Below are positions 53,319 through 64,000 of a stretch of DNA of 64,000 nt, piece after piece. Position 1 is the stretch's first letter, and every line of letters starts with the position of its first letter. The stretch is from positions 9,319,231 to 9,383,230 of the forward strand of contig MU054187.1 of the NCBI GenBank assembly GCA_013239625.1. The letters run 5' to 3'. Below the pieces are notes generated by a model. It ran no database searches. It had not been told where the DNA came from and saw only the letters and a list, made by a program, of their open reading frames with translations. This DNA is from Lama guanicoe. Taxonomy: Eukaryota. A program made the position numbers and the translations under genes.

Positions 53319-54204
53319 TGTTCATTCCAGCTGCTGCCCCTCTGTCTGCCTGGCTGAGATGTATGCAGGCAGTAGGGAACCTAGATGAAACTAAAATCAT
53401 GCAGATGATGAAAGGGACCTCTGAACAGGATTTCTACAAAAAATACCCTTAAATTCCAGATGACTTATCTAACACATTGAGGGAAAACAATGCTTTGAGA
53501 AAATAGTTGCAGAAAGGATTGGAAAAAAAAGAAACCTGATCTTATGCAAATCATTGATTGTGTGGGAAACATTTTGAAGGGTGTGTAGGTGTGGTACGTG
53601 TGTGCATGCGTCACTAACAAGTGGCAAGTGTTGAAAAAAGTGGGCACTACACTCTCGTCTCTAATAGGCACCAGCTTTTGTTATGACATCGTAGTAGTTT
53701 GTATTCTCTTTCCTCTTTAACAATGCAGGTGGGCAGTGAAAGTCAGTGTTAATTCAGAAGTGACCGATTTATCAATATATGGACAAGAGATAAATCATTG
53801 ACCAAAGGTATGAAATGTTTCACAGAGGTTTCATCTTTTCCATAATAGATGTCGCTGGATGGATGTCCAGAAATGTTCTTTGACTCTGGTGACACTTGGA
53901 CAATGTCCAGAAGGCTAAAGGCCTAGGACATTTTTTGACATTTTTCTAATCTTGGTTTTAGGTACACAGATATCAGGCACTTTAATGGAAAAAGACTTTT
54001 CAATAGAAACTGTCTGCTTTCTCATGTATCCACTAAGGCACCAATCTGCTGAACTGTAGAACTGCATGTATTTGAATATATATATATATATTCACACACA
54101 GTACACATTATACATGTACATATATATTTAAACCATGTTTTATTTGTCCCACCATAATGCCTTCTTCAAAACATAAGTATAACTTTACTCTGTATGAACT
54201 CTTA

Positions 54205-54210
54205 AATAAA
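54205..54210 (+). terminator. Probable TRIM55 polyadenylation signal
   Basis: AATAAA preceded by TGTA (54191) and followed by T-rich sequence, ~890 nt after the stop. Confidence 0.7.
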
Positions 54211-55123
54211 TACTGTTTTTAACAACTTAGTCTTACAATGATTTATTGTTTCCTATCATCTTATTAATCTGTTAGTCAAGCGAATTCAAAGGGTCCCAAG
54301 GGAAGAAGCATCTTCATACATCCAGATTAACTTTGAAGTATTAAGCATTCGATTGAATTTTTAAGTTATAACTAAACTAATTGGTACAACTAAATATGTG
54401 TGCTGTTAGATTTTAGAAGTGCATAGCGATAGTATATATTTCTAAGAATTAAAGTAATTAGGGCTGGCATAGACATAAAGGAGGTGTTTGTGAAGTTATT
54501 AAAGTCAAAATAAGCTGTATAAGAAAAATATTCCTGAGGGCCATTTTATAGCAACTACTTTTAGTTCTTTTAAGTGGAGAGGCTATCAAGTTTCCCCTAT
54601 TAGAAGTCAGCAGTGGAAAATAGCTTTGAAAAAATTTAATGGTACCAAAGTAATGGTTTGATAAAGCCTTTCTTATAGGGGGAAAAAAAAAAGAAGCAAA
54701 ACACCAATGCAGCATTCTGGCCCTATAATTGGAGGAAAGCTTTGCCTCAACCCTTCTCTTTTCCTTACCTCCTTTCCCACCCACCCCAAGTATTTCATGT
54801 CTTATAGTTAATCAGGGTTAAATGTTACTTCCATTATGAATGAATCTTCCATTTATAGAATTACTGAGCCTTAGAGCTAGACACAACTTTTCAAATTTTT
54901 AAACTCATCCTCAGAGGAGCAATCTGAGTACAGAGGTGAGTTCAAGGTGGTTGTAAGATCTGTGTGAGGCACTGACATATGTTTGTGTTTTTAGTAGAAA
55001 ATAAAATGCAAGGAGTTCTGTTTTTTTCTTGTGCTGAAGTCAATTTGGAGGAAGTGAGGAGCTCAGACTATTCCCCTGTGAGCAATGAAGAGGAAAAATA
55101 AAGTCATGATTACCTTTGCAGCT

Positions 55124-55129
55124 TTTATT
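55124..55129 (-). terminator. Probable distal CRH polyadenylation signal (second at 55188-55193)
   Basis: Minus strand AATAAAAGCTGCAAAGGTAA resembles the recalled mammalian CRH mRNA end. Confidence 0.7.
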
Positions 55130-55599
55130 AGAAATATAAATATTCAACATTCTCTTACACAATCACATTGACCAAGAGGAAAGATGTTTTATTACGGAAA
55201 CATTTACAAGGAAAAGTTGATTCAAAGAGCCGACAGATCTTTTTCTCACGTACCCAAGAGAATGACAATCTCTTTGGCTCAAACCACAACCAAATCAACG
55301 GGTGACTTGTCTCCTTCTTCAAAATGTTTCCCCCTGGGTCTATACTCTCTTTGAAACACCGTTAAAGACACCTGGAAATAGAAACTAAAAGTAGACAATA
55401 CAAATTACATTTTGTTGCTGTTACTGCAGGTGAATACACTTTGTGCATGCTATTTAAGGAGTGTGGGCATCTCAAGCTATATAAAAATAAACAAATGGTA
55501 TCAGAGCAACGCTATGGTACAGAATACCGTATTCTTTTTTATTTTTTTATTTTTATTTTTTGTGCTAAATGCAGAATCTTTTTGGCCAAACGCACCGCT

Positions 55600-56181
55600 T
55601 TACTTCCCAATAATCTCCATCAGTTTCCTGTTGCTGTGAGCTTGCTGTGCTAACTGTTCAGCCCTGGCCATTTCCAAGACTTCTCGGAGGAGGTGGAAGG
55701 TGAGATCCAGCGAGATGGGAGGTTCCTCGGATCGCCTCTCCCTCTCCGGTGCCTCCTGGCGGCCGCCGAGGGCATTCTCGGCACCGCGCTCCGCCGGCTG
55801 CGCAGGGCTGTCGAGCGGGCGCCGGGACAGCGGCAGCTGCTGCAGCAACGCGCGGAAAAAGTTGGCCGCCACCTCGTCCGGCGAAAGGCGGCTGCCGGCG
55901 AGAGGCGAGGAGGCGGGCGACAAGGGGGCAGCGGGGCTCTTATTGAGGTTACCCAGGCGGAGGAAGTATTCCTCCCCCAGGCGGAGCAGGACGGGCCGAG
56001 CCTGCGGCTGCTGGGGCTGTTGGGGCTGCGGCGGCGGCTGAAAGAAATCGAGGGGCTGGGGGTGCTGCGAAGCCTGCCGGGCCCCCAGGACGGGCCCCCG
56101 GCTGAGGAGGGCCCTGCATGGAGGGCAGGGCAGGAGAGCCACCAGCAGGACGCCCGCGGACAGGAGCAGCGGCAGCCGCAT
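55600..56181 (-). CDS. CRH: Prepro-corticotropin-releasing hormone, 193 aa, single coding exon; mature CRH(1-41) at 55609-55731
   Basis: Signal peptide MRLPLLLSAGVLLVALLPCPPCRA; RERR cleavage site; SEEPPISLDLTFHLLREVLEMARAEQLAQQAHSNRKLMEII followed by GK amidation signal. Confidence 0.99.
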   Translation of the reverse strand: MRLPLLLSAGVLLVALLPCPPCRALLSRGPVLGARQASQHPQPLDFFQPPPQPQQPQQPQARPVLLRLGEEYFLRLGNLNKSPAAPLSPASSPLAGSRLSPDEVAANFFRALLQQLPLSRRPLDSPAQPAERGAENALGGRQEAPERERRSEEPPISLDLTFHLLREVLEMARAEQLAQQAHSNRKLMEIIGK

Positions 56182-56335
56182 GTCAGAGGCGCTAGTTGCG
56201 GCACAGAGGTGGGCAGAGGGCATTGTGAGAAAGAAAGAGAAAGAAAGAGTTGGTCAGAGTTGAGCTCAACTGGGAGGTGCACTTGCTGGGGTCTTTCTAC
56301 AGGACACCCCCAGACACAGCACGGGGGCTCGGGCG

Positions 56336-56356
56336 GGTGCTGTCCGCGGTGCTGAA
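56336..56356 (-). promoter_or_regulatory. RE1/NRSE (REST site) in the CRH intron
   Basis: Minus strand TTCAGCACCGCGGACAGCACC, 19/21 to consensus TTCAGCACCACGGACAGCGCC. An intronic NRSE in CRH is established. Confidence 0.93.
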
Positions 56357-56807
56357 GCGGCCGAATGGGACTTCCACAGTTGGAGTGAGACCTGGAGCAG
56401 GGAAGGGGACACCTGCTCGGCTCGGCGCCAAAGCTCAGCCCCTCGCCGAGACTCTTACGAGACTCACGAGGGGGCGGTCCCTGAGTCCCCATTCTAACAA
56501 TTCCCCAAAACAATTCCCCGAGCTCTAGAAAAGACCTACAAATTTAAGATCTCCCCTGCTCAAAACTTCCCTCAACCCCCACCCCTTTCCGGATGATTTC
56601 AGCGTTGTCCTCCGGATTGAGAACTGCTGCCACCTCCTCCGCGTTCTCCACCCCTGCCCTTGTATCCTTCTCTCGGCGATCGGGGTGGACTGGGGGCTCG
56701 TCTACACAGCCTGCGAGGAATAACTGCAAGTTCGGGTACGATGAGCAGCCGTCTAAGTTTGCTTTTGCCACAGCCCAGTTACTATCGGAACCTTGAGGCA
56801 CAGTCCG

Positions 56808-56838
56808 CACACACACACATACACACAAGCACACACAC
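56808..56838 (+). repeat. Imperfect (CA)n in CRH intron
   Basis: CACACACACACATACACACAAGCACACACAC. Confidence 0.85.
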
Positions 56839-56922
56839 GCCTGGGGACAGCCGGCTGCGCGGCATCGTGGCAGCTCAAACAGGGCAAAGTTGGAGGCGCC
56901 TTTCCGTCTAGGCGCTCCCTAC

Positions 56923-57082
56923 CTTCTGAGGCGCTTCTGCAGGTGAGCCAGGCGCTGCGATTCTCTGCAGAGGAACGTCTCCGGGGCTTTTTCAGGGGAT
57001 TTTCTTCTCTTCTCTTTGTTCCCACTCTCTTTTTCTCTCCCTCTTCTCTTTCTGTTCAGTCTCTCAAAGGACTTGGGCTCTG
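56923..57082 (-). other. CRH: CRH non-coding exon 1 (5' end runs into the gap)
   Basis: Minus strand CAGAGCCCAAGTCCTTTGAGAGACTG...GCAGAAGCGCCTCAGAAG|GTAGGG; purine-rich 5' UTR like other mammalian CRH; intron 56922-56192. Confidence 0.88.
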
Positions 57083-57400
57083 NNNNNNNNNNNNNNNNNN
57101 NNNNNNNNNNNNNNNNNNNNNNNNNNNNNNNNNNNNNNNNNNNNNNNNNNNNNNNNNNNNNNNNNNNNNNNNNNNNNNNNNNNNNNNNNNNNNNNNNNNN
57201 NNNNNNNNNNNNNNNNNNNNNNNNNNNNNNNNNNNNNNNNNNNNNNNNNNNNNNNNNNNNNNNNNNNNNNNNNNNNNNNNNNNNNNNNNNNNNNNNNNNN
57301 NNNNNNNNNNNNNNNNNNNNNNNNNNNNNNNNNNNNNNNNNNNNNNNNNNNNNNNNNNNNNNNNNNNNNNNNNNNNNNNNNNNNNNNNNNNNNNNNNNNN
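57083..57400. other. Assembly gap (318 N) over the CRH TSS and proximal promoter
   Basis: Run of N directly upstream of exon 1. Confidence 1.
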
Positions 57401-59595
57401 TCTTACTACGAAAGGCCAAACCAAAGGTCAGAAAAGAGACAGTGAATGGGAAGGGAGAGGATGGGGAAAGTGCGACGGAATTCTGTCTATCAACACACAG
57501 TCCTGTGGGGAAAGCAGCAATCAGTTATAGAGGTGACTCTGGATCCTCCCCTTTCCTCTCCCTTCTCACTTCTCTGACCAGTTGTCTCAGGCAGCAACTC
57601 AGTATCTGAAAATATCCCTTTGCTAGAGGCAAAGTGTCCCGTCACCTTTCTGGCTGGATAAGAATAAAGAACAAGGAGATGGGAGTGCAGGGACATCCAG
57701 CTTTTAAGCCTCTATCTGCTTTTTCCTCTCAAGAACAAACAAAGGAATTATGAGACTGAAAAGGCAAGACCGATAAATCTTTTGAAACACTGCTCAAGTT
57801 TTTAAAATGATGCAAGAGCTATTTTCACGATGAAGGGGCACAAACCAGAGTCAGTCAGGGGTAGAGCAAAGATTTTAAGTTCTCCCAGAACCTCACTGTT
57901 CCTCCTTTGTCTCTGATCTCAGAATCTGAAATTAATTGTGGATTTTTCTGTTTCCAGATTAGAGAAAGAAAGGACCAGTGAGAGGTGCATGAGTTAAACA
58001 ATCGTCATCTGTCTACTCAGTGCAAACCCATGACAGAAGCATGCATTCTAATCTCCCAGTCTATATTGGTAAAGGCTTAAACTGCTTGATTATAGGACTG
58101 AATTCATCAGTTGTATGTTTTCACTGATGAATACTGAGCCCGTAAAAAGATAACCTCATTCATATTACTTCCAAATATTATTAACATTCATGATAGTGTC
58201 CATTTCAGGAGCACCCGGGTTGTTATTGTTGTTTTAATCATTTCCTTTTCCAAATTCAAATGTGCTGCAGGGGATCCTGATAAATAAATGCTCTCCAGCA
58301 CTACTACAGAATGGAATGCCTACAAAACCACACTCAAATTTTGAAATAAGTTGACACTATTGTATAGGTGGGAGGCACTTACCTCTAATTCTGTAATTCA
58401 AAATGCAATTCCAAACTCTGGTGTCTATGATTCAATTCAGCTTCTAGATAACCATCAGAGTTGTTTATCAGAAATTTCCTGTTCCTCATTTCTGGTTACC
58501 TCTGCTGTTTCCTTTGTAGCTAACATGACAAGTGATGCAAGGCATATTTCAACTTCTATTTTGGGTCTATACCAATCCACAACTGCTCTTAGAAACAAAG
58601 AAAGATAGAAAGAGAAATTCTGGCAGTTTTTAGATTAATCAGCCCCTAACTGGAACATTGCTCCATGGAATGTACTTTTGACATAAGAGAACAGAGAAAG
58701 AAATGTGTCTTCTGGGGAAGCTCAGAGTTGTTAATGGATCATTATTATGGTAACTGGTTCAGCTTTTAGAAGAAAATTGTTTTATGTTGGTAAGAGATGA
58801 ACCCTCCTCTATTCCCACTGGCATATTTCAGCTTAGATATCAACAAGGAGGTGACAGTAGATTTGGAAGGGGAAATTCAGGTAAATGGATATACAGGAAG
58901 AACTAGGAAAGGGATAAGACCATGGGTGTAGCTGGGGAGGACTGAGAGCATTCTCCAGAGAAGATACAACATATTCTAGGCTTTGACTAACCCCAAATCT
59001 CTTCACATCTCTCTCTTCTTGGGACATATGGAGGACGTTGTTCCAGGCTGGCTCTCTCATCACTGTTTTATTCTTACTGTGAGATTTTTCTACAGTAGGT
59101 AGTTGGTTAGGCAAAGTGGCTCTGACTAGGGCTGAGGAACAAAATGCCTAGATCCTGGAGGGGGAGGGGGAGGAGGAGCTGCTAACTCCCCACAATTTTG
59201 CCAGAAGTTAGATCTCATCAAATCACTGAGAAACGACTTGGAAGAGGTCATTTGGTTTTAATGAGAACCAGAGAGGTTAAGTGACTTCCCTAGCTATTTT
59301 GGATAGGTGATTCGGTAATTCTTTGTATTTATCTTGGTTCCTCTATTTTATGTTGGAGACTTCCCCTAAATCTCTTGAGATAACCCTATGTATGAAGAGT
59401 TGTATTCTCATATTTAAGAATTAGGCAATGCAAAACTGAATGGAAACTCTTTGTGAAGGACAAGGACCCTGTCTCCAAGCAGCCCTCCTTTTTGTGTGAT
59501 CAGATAGTGAAGCAGTCATTAGGAGATACCCATAAAATTTCACATTACAGAGAACTTTTCTCTGGAACTGTTCGGTTTCCATTAAGGAAAATACA

Positions 59596-59969
59596 GGTAT
59601 TAATGTGTTAGGGCTACGAGACCAAAGTGCACAGACTCGGTGGTTTAAACAACAAAAATTTTCTTTCTCACACTACTGGAGGCTAGAAGTCCAACATCAA
59701 GGTTGATTTCTTCTGAGGCCTCTCTCCTTGGCTTGCAGAGGACCGTCCTCTTCCTGTGCCTTCACATGACCTTTCCTCTGTGCATGTCTGTGTCTTAATC
59801 TTCTCTTCTTAAAAGGACACCAGTATTGGATTAATCACCTATACAACCTCATTTTACCTTAATTACCTCTTTAAGGGCCCTGTCTCTAAATACAGTCATT
59901 TTCTGAGGTACTGGGGATCAAAACTCTGACATACAAATGTTGGGCAAGACCCAATTCAGCTAATAACAA
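59596..59969 (-). mobile_element. ERVL-MaLR solo LTR (MLT1A-like)
   Basis: GGTTTAAACAACA...CTGGAGGCTAGAAGTCCAACATCAAGG...GGCCTCTCTCCTTGGCTTGCAGA...AAATACAGTCATTTTCTGAGGTACTGGGG...AATTCAGCTAATAACA. Confidence 0.85.
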
Positions 59970-62704
59970 TATATTTTGCAAGTATTTGCTTTTTGCCTAC
60001 CAAGTAGACATCTGAATGTTCAACATCTCCCTGTGGGATGACAAAGTCGGTAGAGGGGTTGACTCTTCCTTATGCAGATTTTCAAGGATCCTCCCTGTTT
60101 TTGACCCCCTTTTTAATTCCTGCCTTTGGTAATACTTGGAGTTGCCAAGTTCTGAGCCTCTCTTGGGTTCTGCAGGTGGCTCCTTCTGCAGCTGCCTACC
60201 CCTTTGTCTGCAATGGTTTCCATATCTTTCTCCTCAGTAATGACACCATGTCCTCTGCTCTCCTTCCTCAGCTGACCCTTTGCAGACCCTTTACAGCTGC
60301 TTCCCCAGACACTGCTTCATTTTTTCTGCTCTCCTTATTTCAGTTTATTAAATCCTCTCACCTGCTTATGGTCCTTACCCTGTACTCTTCATCACTTTGG
60401 GTTTACACTACCATTTCAATAGGGTCTCAGAGGAAGGGGGGTAAACATGAATGTATTTCGGAAGGACCTCTCTGAATGCAGTGGGGAGAGTAGATTGAAG
60501 GGGCAAGAAGATGAACAAACGAGTTATGGGTTTTTTGTGTCATTACCACCAGACCTCTATAGAATGAGCATCACATGCCAGTGATGGCGGGAGCTGAACA
60601 AGACAGCTCCAGGAGCCCAGGACACTAACTGGGCAGCCACACTACTGTTCAGGGGTTGGTAGGGGCAGGGCTTCCCCTTCCCCATCAGTCACTAGTTCTC
60701 TCAGCATCCAGAAATCATCATTGGGTGCCCTCTCTCCTTTCCTCAGAAAATGGCAAGGACTTTGTTACCTGTTCCTTTATTTTTCCAGAAGTTAGGAAGT
60801 TACTGACCCCAGGGAGATGACTCAGAGCATTGGAAAAGGGGCACATTTCTGCTTCTCTAACAAGCCCTGGTCTTGATAGACATGACTGACCTTTCTATTT
60901 ACATCATAATACATCAAATTTTCTGTTGTAGGCTCTAGACAATGGGTGGAGGGCAGTGAGAGAATATGTGTGAACTTTCTTTCATGAAGGGCAATTTGCA
61001 GGAACTAATCACCTTACAATAGTTGGTCATAAGAAAGAAATCCATCAACCAAGCATCCTAATTAGGTATTTATATTCATGAACGTTTCCTGACTCTAAAG
61101 AAAGGTTTCCCAAAGAGCCCTCCTAGGAATGTTACCTATGCTACAAAGGGAGAAAAATGAGGGGATGTTTAAAGAAAAGTTAAAAACATTTTTTACTGCA
61201 GAATTTTCTAGTGTTCTGAAGTTTTTATTCTGCAGTGTAAATCCTCAAGTCTTCAGCATTTCCCACACTTACTTGACCACGGAGTGTGTTAGCTGTGGCA
61301 CTAGTTGGGAGATACAATAAGCCAAAGCATTTAAGAGGAGTCAGCTATACTTTCTTTCTTTGCCATCCACATTTAGGTCCATGATTAAAGCTACTGAGTA
61401 CTCTTTTACCACTCCTGGGAGAAAGTTTTTAAGTGACACATTTCACCCTTGAAGAGGGGGTTTCACGGAATGGGAAGATGTCTAATTCCAGTGTTTCTGA
61501 GGATCACCTGCCTGGGGAAGGGTCACCTTACAGCAAGGAGCTGCTGAAATGGTCTGTTTGCACACTTCCTGGTCAGAGCAAGGAGCTCCTCTCTGCAGTA
61601 GTTGAGCCCAGTAGTCGAGCCCAGTTGAGTCCTCCCAAAGGAGGACCATTTTTGAGTGTGAAAAGGCAGAAGTTTCACAGACAAAGCTGATTGTAATTGG
61701 TGATGTTGGGTTTTTCAAAAGGGAAATTTGATTACTCAAGAGGGAGTAGGCAGTGAGAGCAGCAGGGGTGGACAGAGACAGAGACAGGCAGCCAATATTC
61801 AGGAGCTGTGGATTTCAAAGATGTTGCTGGCTGTGGGTTCAGACCTTTTGTGAACCTTGCTGCGAGCTCTTTTCATCTCCTGAGGCATCTGTCATCCGTT
61901 TGTGGAAGATGTGATGTTAGCTTCCATTGTGAGACCTACAGTTAATTTTTCATGTGTGTGTGTGCTTGTCTCCCAGCTTGTGAGCTGGCTTCCACTTCTC
62001 TGAAGTCTGTAACTCCTAGGACACTTGCTTACACCTGGTGTTTGCTGGTTGTTGGAGACTGGCTTAAGAGAAAGGCGATACCAGTTCAAGGTGGTCCATA
62101 ACTAAGTCAATGAACTCTTGAAAAGACGGTTATATGAAACCCATGTGTGGGAAAGAAAGGGTCTGTCTGATTTGCCGCATTCACTATTCTCTTTCGCATA
62201 AAATTTAGAAGTGATCTGAACAACAGTGTTGTCAGGATAATGGAAAAGATATAATGGCCTCAAGCTGCAGTGAAGTTTAATGTTCTTATTCACACTAAGT
62301 TAAATATAGATACGTATTTGAGCTTCACTTCATTTTCCAACTTCTTTTCTTTGTACTTTAATTCTTAATAGCTATAAAGTTCTGTCTTGTATTAATGTAC
62401 TTTTATCTTCCCACCAACAACAATAATTGCAATGAAGGGATTTTTCTAACCTGCAAGGAGAAAGCAAATTATATAATCTGATAGATGTCTATAGTTAAAT
62501 AGTTATTCAGCTTTTTGAGACAGAATACCACATCTGATTCTTGTTTATAATGAAATTTGTTCTAATATCTTTACACCAAGAATTCACTAAAAACAAACCT
62601 ACCAAAGCAGCCTTGCAGATAGAATAAAGCATGTTACCTGGGCCCCTCTTCCTGTGGGGACACATGAAATTTCTGGGTATGACAGCTGTCAAATTACCTC
62701 AGTA

Positions 62705-62900
62705 CAGTTTTGATTCTATTACTTCCTAGCTGGGTGACCTTGGACAAGTTATTTAAATTCCCCAAATTTATTTATTTGCCAAATCATTCTAAAATGCAAG
62801 TTTCTTTATTTGTTCCTTTTACAGTTGTGGGATAAAATGAGACGGTGAATGCAGGGCCTAGAACATAAACAGCATTCAATAAACACCAGTCATCATTGCT
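62705..62900 (+). mobile_element. MIR SINE (degenerate)
   Basis: CTAGCTGGGTGACCTTGGACAAGTTATTTAA core. Confidence 0.65.
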
Positions 62901-63279
62901 GTTGGGCTAATGGTGTGGCGGCTGTTTTAGGTGAAGACAGTGACCTTCTATCCAATCTCAGCTCCTCAGAGCCTAGGATTGTGTCCCGTATTCATTAGGC
63001 TTAATACATGTTTATTAATGAAATAAATAAGTTTTTCCTCTCTAATACTGAAGGCTTTTTTCAGTCATCCAGCCGATTTAAAAATTTTTTTTGATGAGTT
63101 TTGAATATTTATTTTGAGCTTAACTGTTCATTTATATAACGTGATTTTTAATAATAGCTTTAACAATCAGCTTGCAGAAGTCCTGAAAATTCAACAACTT
63201 GCTCTCCCAGGCCTGTATGAGTTCACTCTGGCACGCTACTAGACTCACTACATGAGTATGTATTTCTTTAAAATTTTTT

Positions 63280-63830
63280 TAATTAATAGACTTTATTTCC
63301 TAAGAGTAGTTTTAGGTTTATAGAAAAATTGAGCAGAAAGTACAAGGAATTCCTATTTCCTTGCCCCACTTCTCCTCCCCTTAGCTTTCCTCTGTTATTA
63401 TCATTACTACTAACATCTCGCACTGGTGTGGTCCGCTTGTTACAACTGATGAACCAACATCGACCCCCTGTTATTAACTAAGAGCCACAGTTTACATTAG
63501 GGTTCACGCTGGGCCGTACATCCTGCACGTTCTGACAAATGCACAACGCCGTGTATCCACCGTGACTGTGCTGCACAGAAGCATTTCACTGGCCTAAACG
63601 TCCCTGCGCTCCAGCTACTCATNNNNNNNNNNNNNNNNNNNNNNNNNNNNNNNNNNNNNNNNNNNNNNNNNNNNNNNNNNNNNNNNNNNNNNNNNNNNNN
63701 NNNNNNNNNNNNNNNNNNNNNNNNNNNNNNNNNNNNNNNNNNNNNNNNNNNCACTTTAGCAATATGCATTTCAGGGTCTTCCCTGTCTTTTCCAACAAAG
63801 ATATATTTTTACTTAGGAACAGCATTATTT
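63280..63830 (-). mobile_element. LINE-1 3' UTR fragment (antisense) containing a 129-N gap (63623-63751)
   Basis: AGTTTTAGGTTTATAGAAAAATTGAGCAGAAAGTACA...GTTACAACTGATGAACCAACAT...CAGTTTACATTAGGGTTCAC is a typical L1M 3' end. Confidence 0.8.
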
Positions 63831-64000
63831 GACTCGAGAAACATCTGTTTGGCTGAGGTCTCTCTACTTAATAAATGTCTGCTCACTTAAGGATTATTTA
63901 AGGATATTCGAGCATTAAAATTACTATTCTCAACCTAAACATTTATTGATTTAGCTGAAAGTAGGTGCACTCAAAGGGAAATTTTGCACCTTAAGGAGGA

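Noticed and set aside
56182-56223. 14-aa N-terminal extension of CRH in the ORF track (MPSAHLCAATSASD)
   Set aside because: That ATG lies in the intron polypyrimidine tract; the signal peptide begins at 56181.
55650-56513. 287-aa alternative-frame ORF (-) and 220-aa antisense ORF (55693-56355, +) over CRH
   Set aside because: Expected stop-codon scarcity in a GC-rich CDS/CpG island. Both span intron sequence, have low-complexity R/P/S/G composition and no recognisable domain.

Overview
Mammalian (placental, probably laurasiatherian) genomic DNA, not prokaryotic. It is the conserved TRIM55-CRH locus. Left to right: repeat-rich intergenic DNA with a young-looking solo LTR; a CpG-rich Pol III cluster (two intron-containing tRNA-Tyr(GTA), one tRNA-Ala(AGC), plus a decayed tRNA-Arg(ACG) relic on the minus strand); the complete TRIM55/MuRF2 coding gene on + (10 main coding exons from 16261 to 53318 giving 545 aa, plus an 88-nt cassette exon giving a hydrophobic C-terminus); then, convergently, CRH on - (193-aa prepro-CRH, intronic RE1/NRSE, core promoter hidden in an N gap). 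Most ORF-track entries are spurious. I see no convincing wholly new biological system. The best leads are the tRNA-Arg relic, a possibly membrane-anchored TRIM55 isoform, QKI/RBFOX-type motifs at alternatively spliced junctions, an intronic CArG/GATA cluster, a solo LTR with NRF1-like 39-bp repeats, and a shifted CRH splice acceptor. Comparisons to human sequences are from memory and need alignment to confirm.
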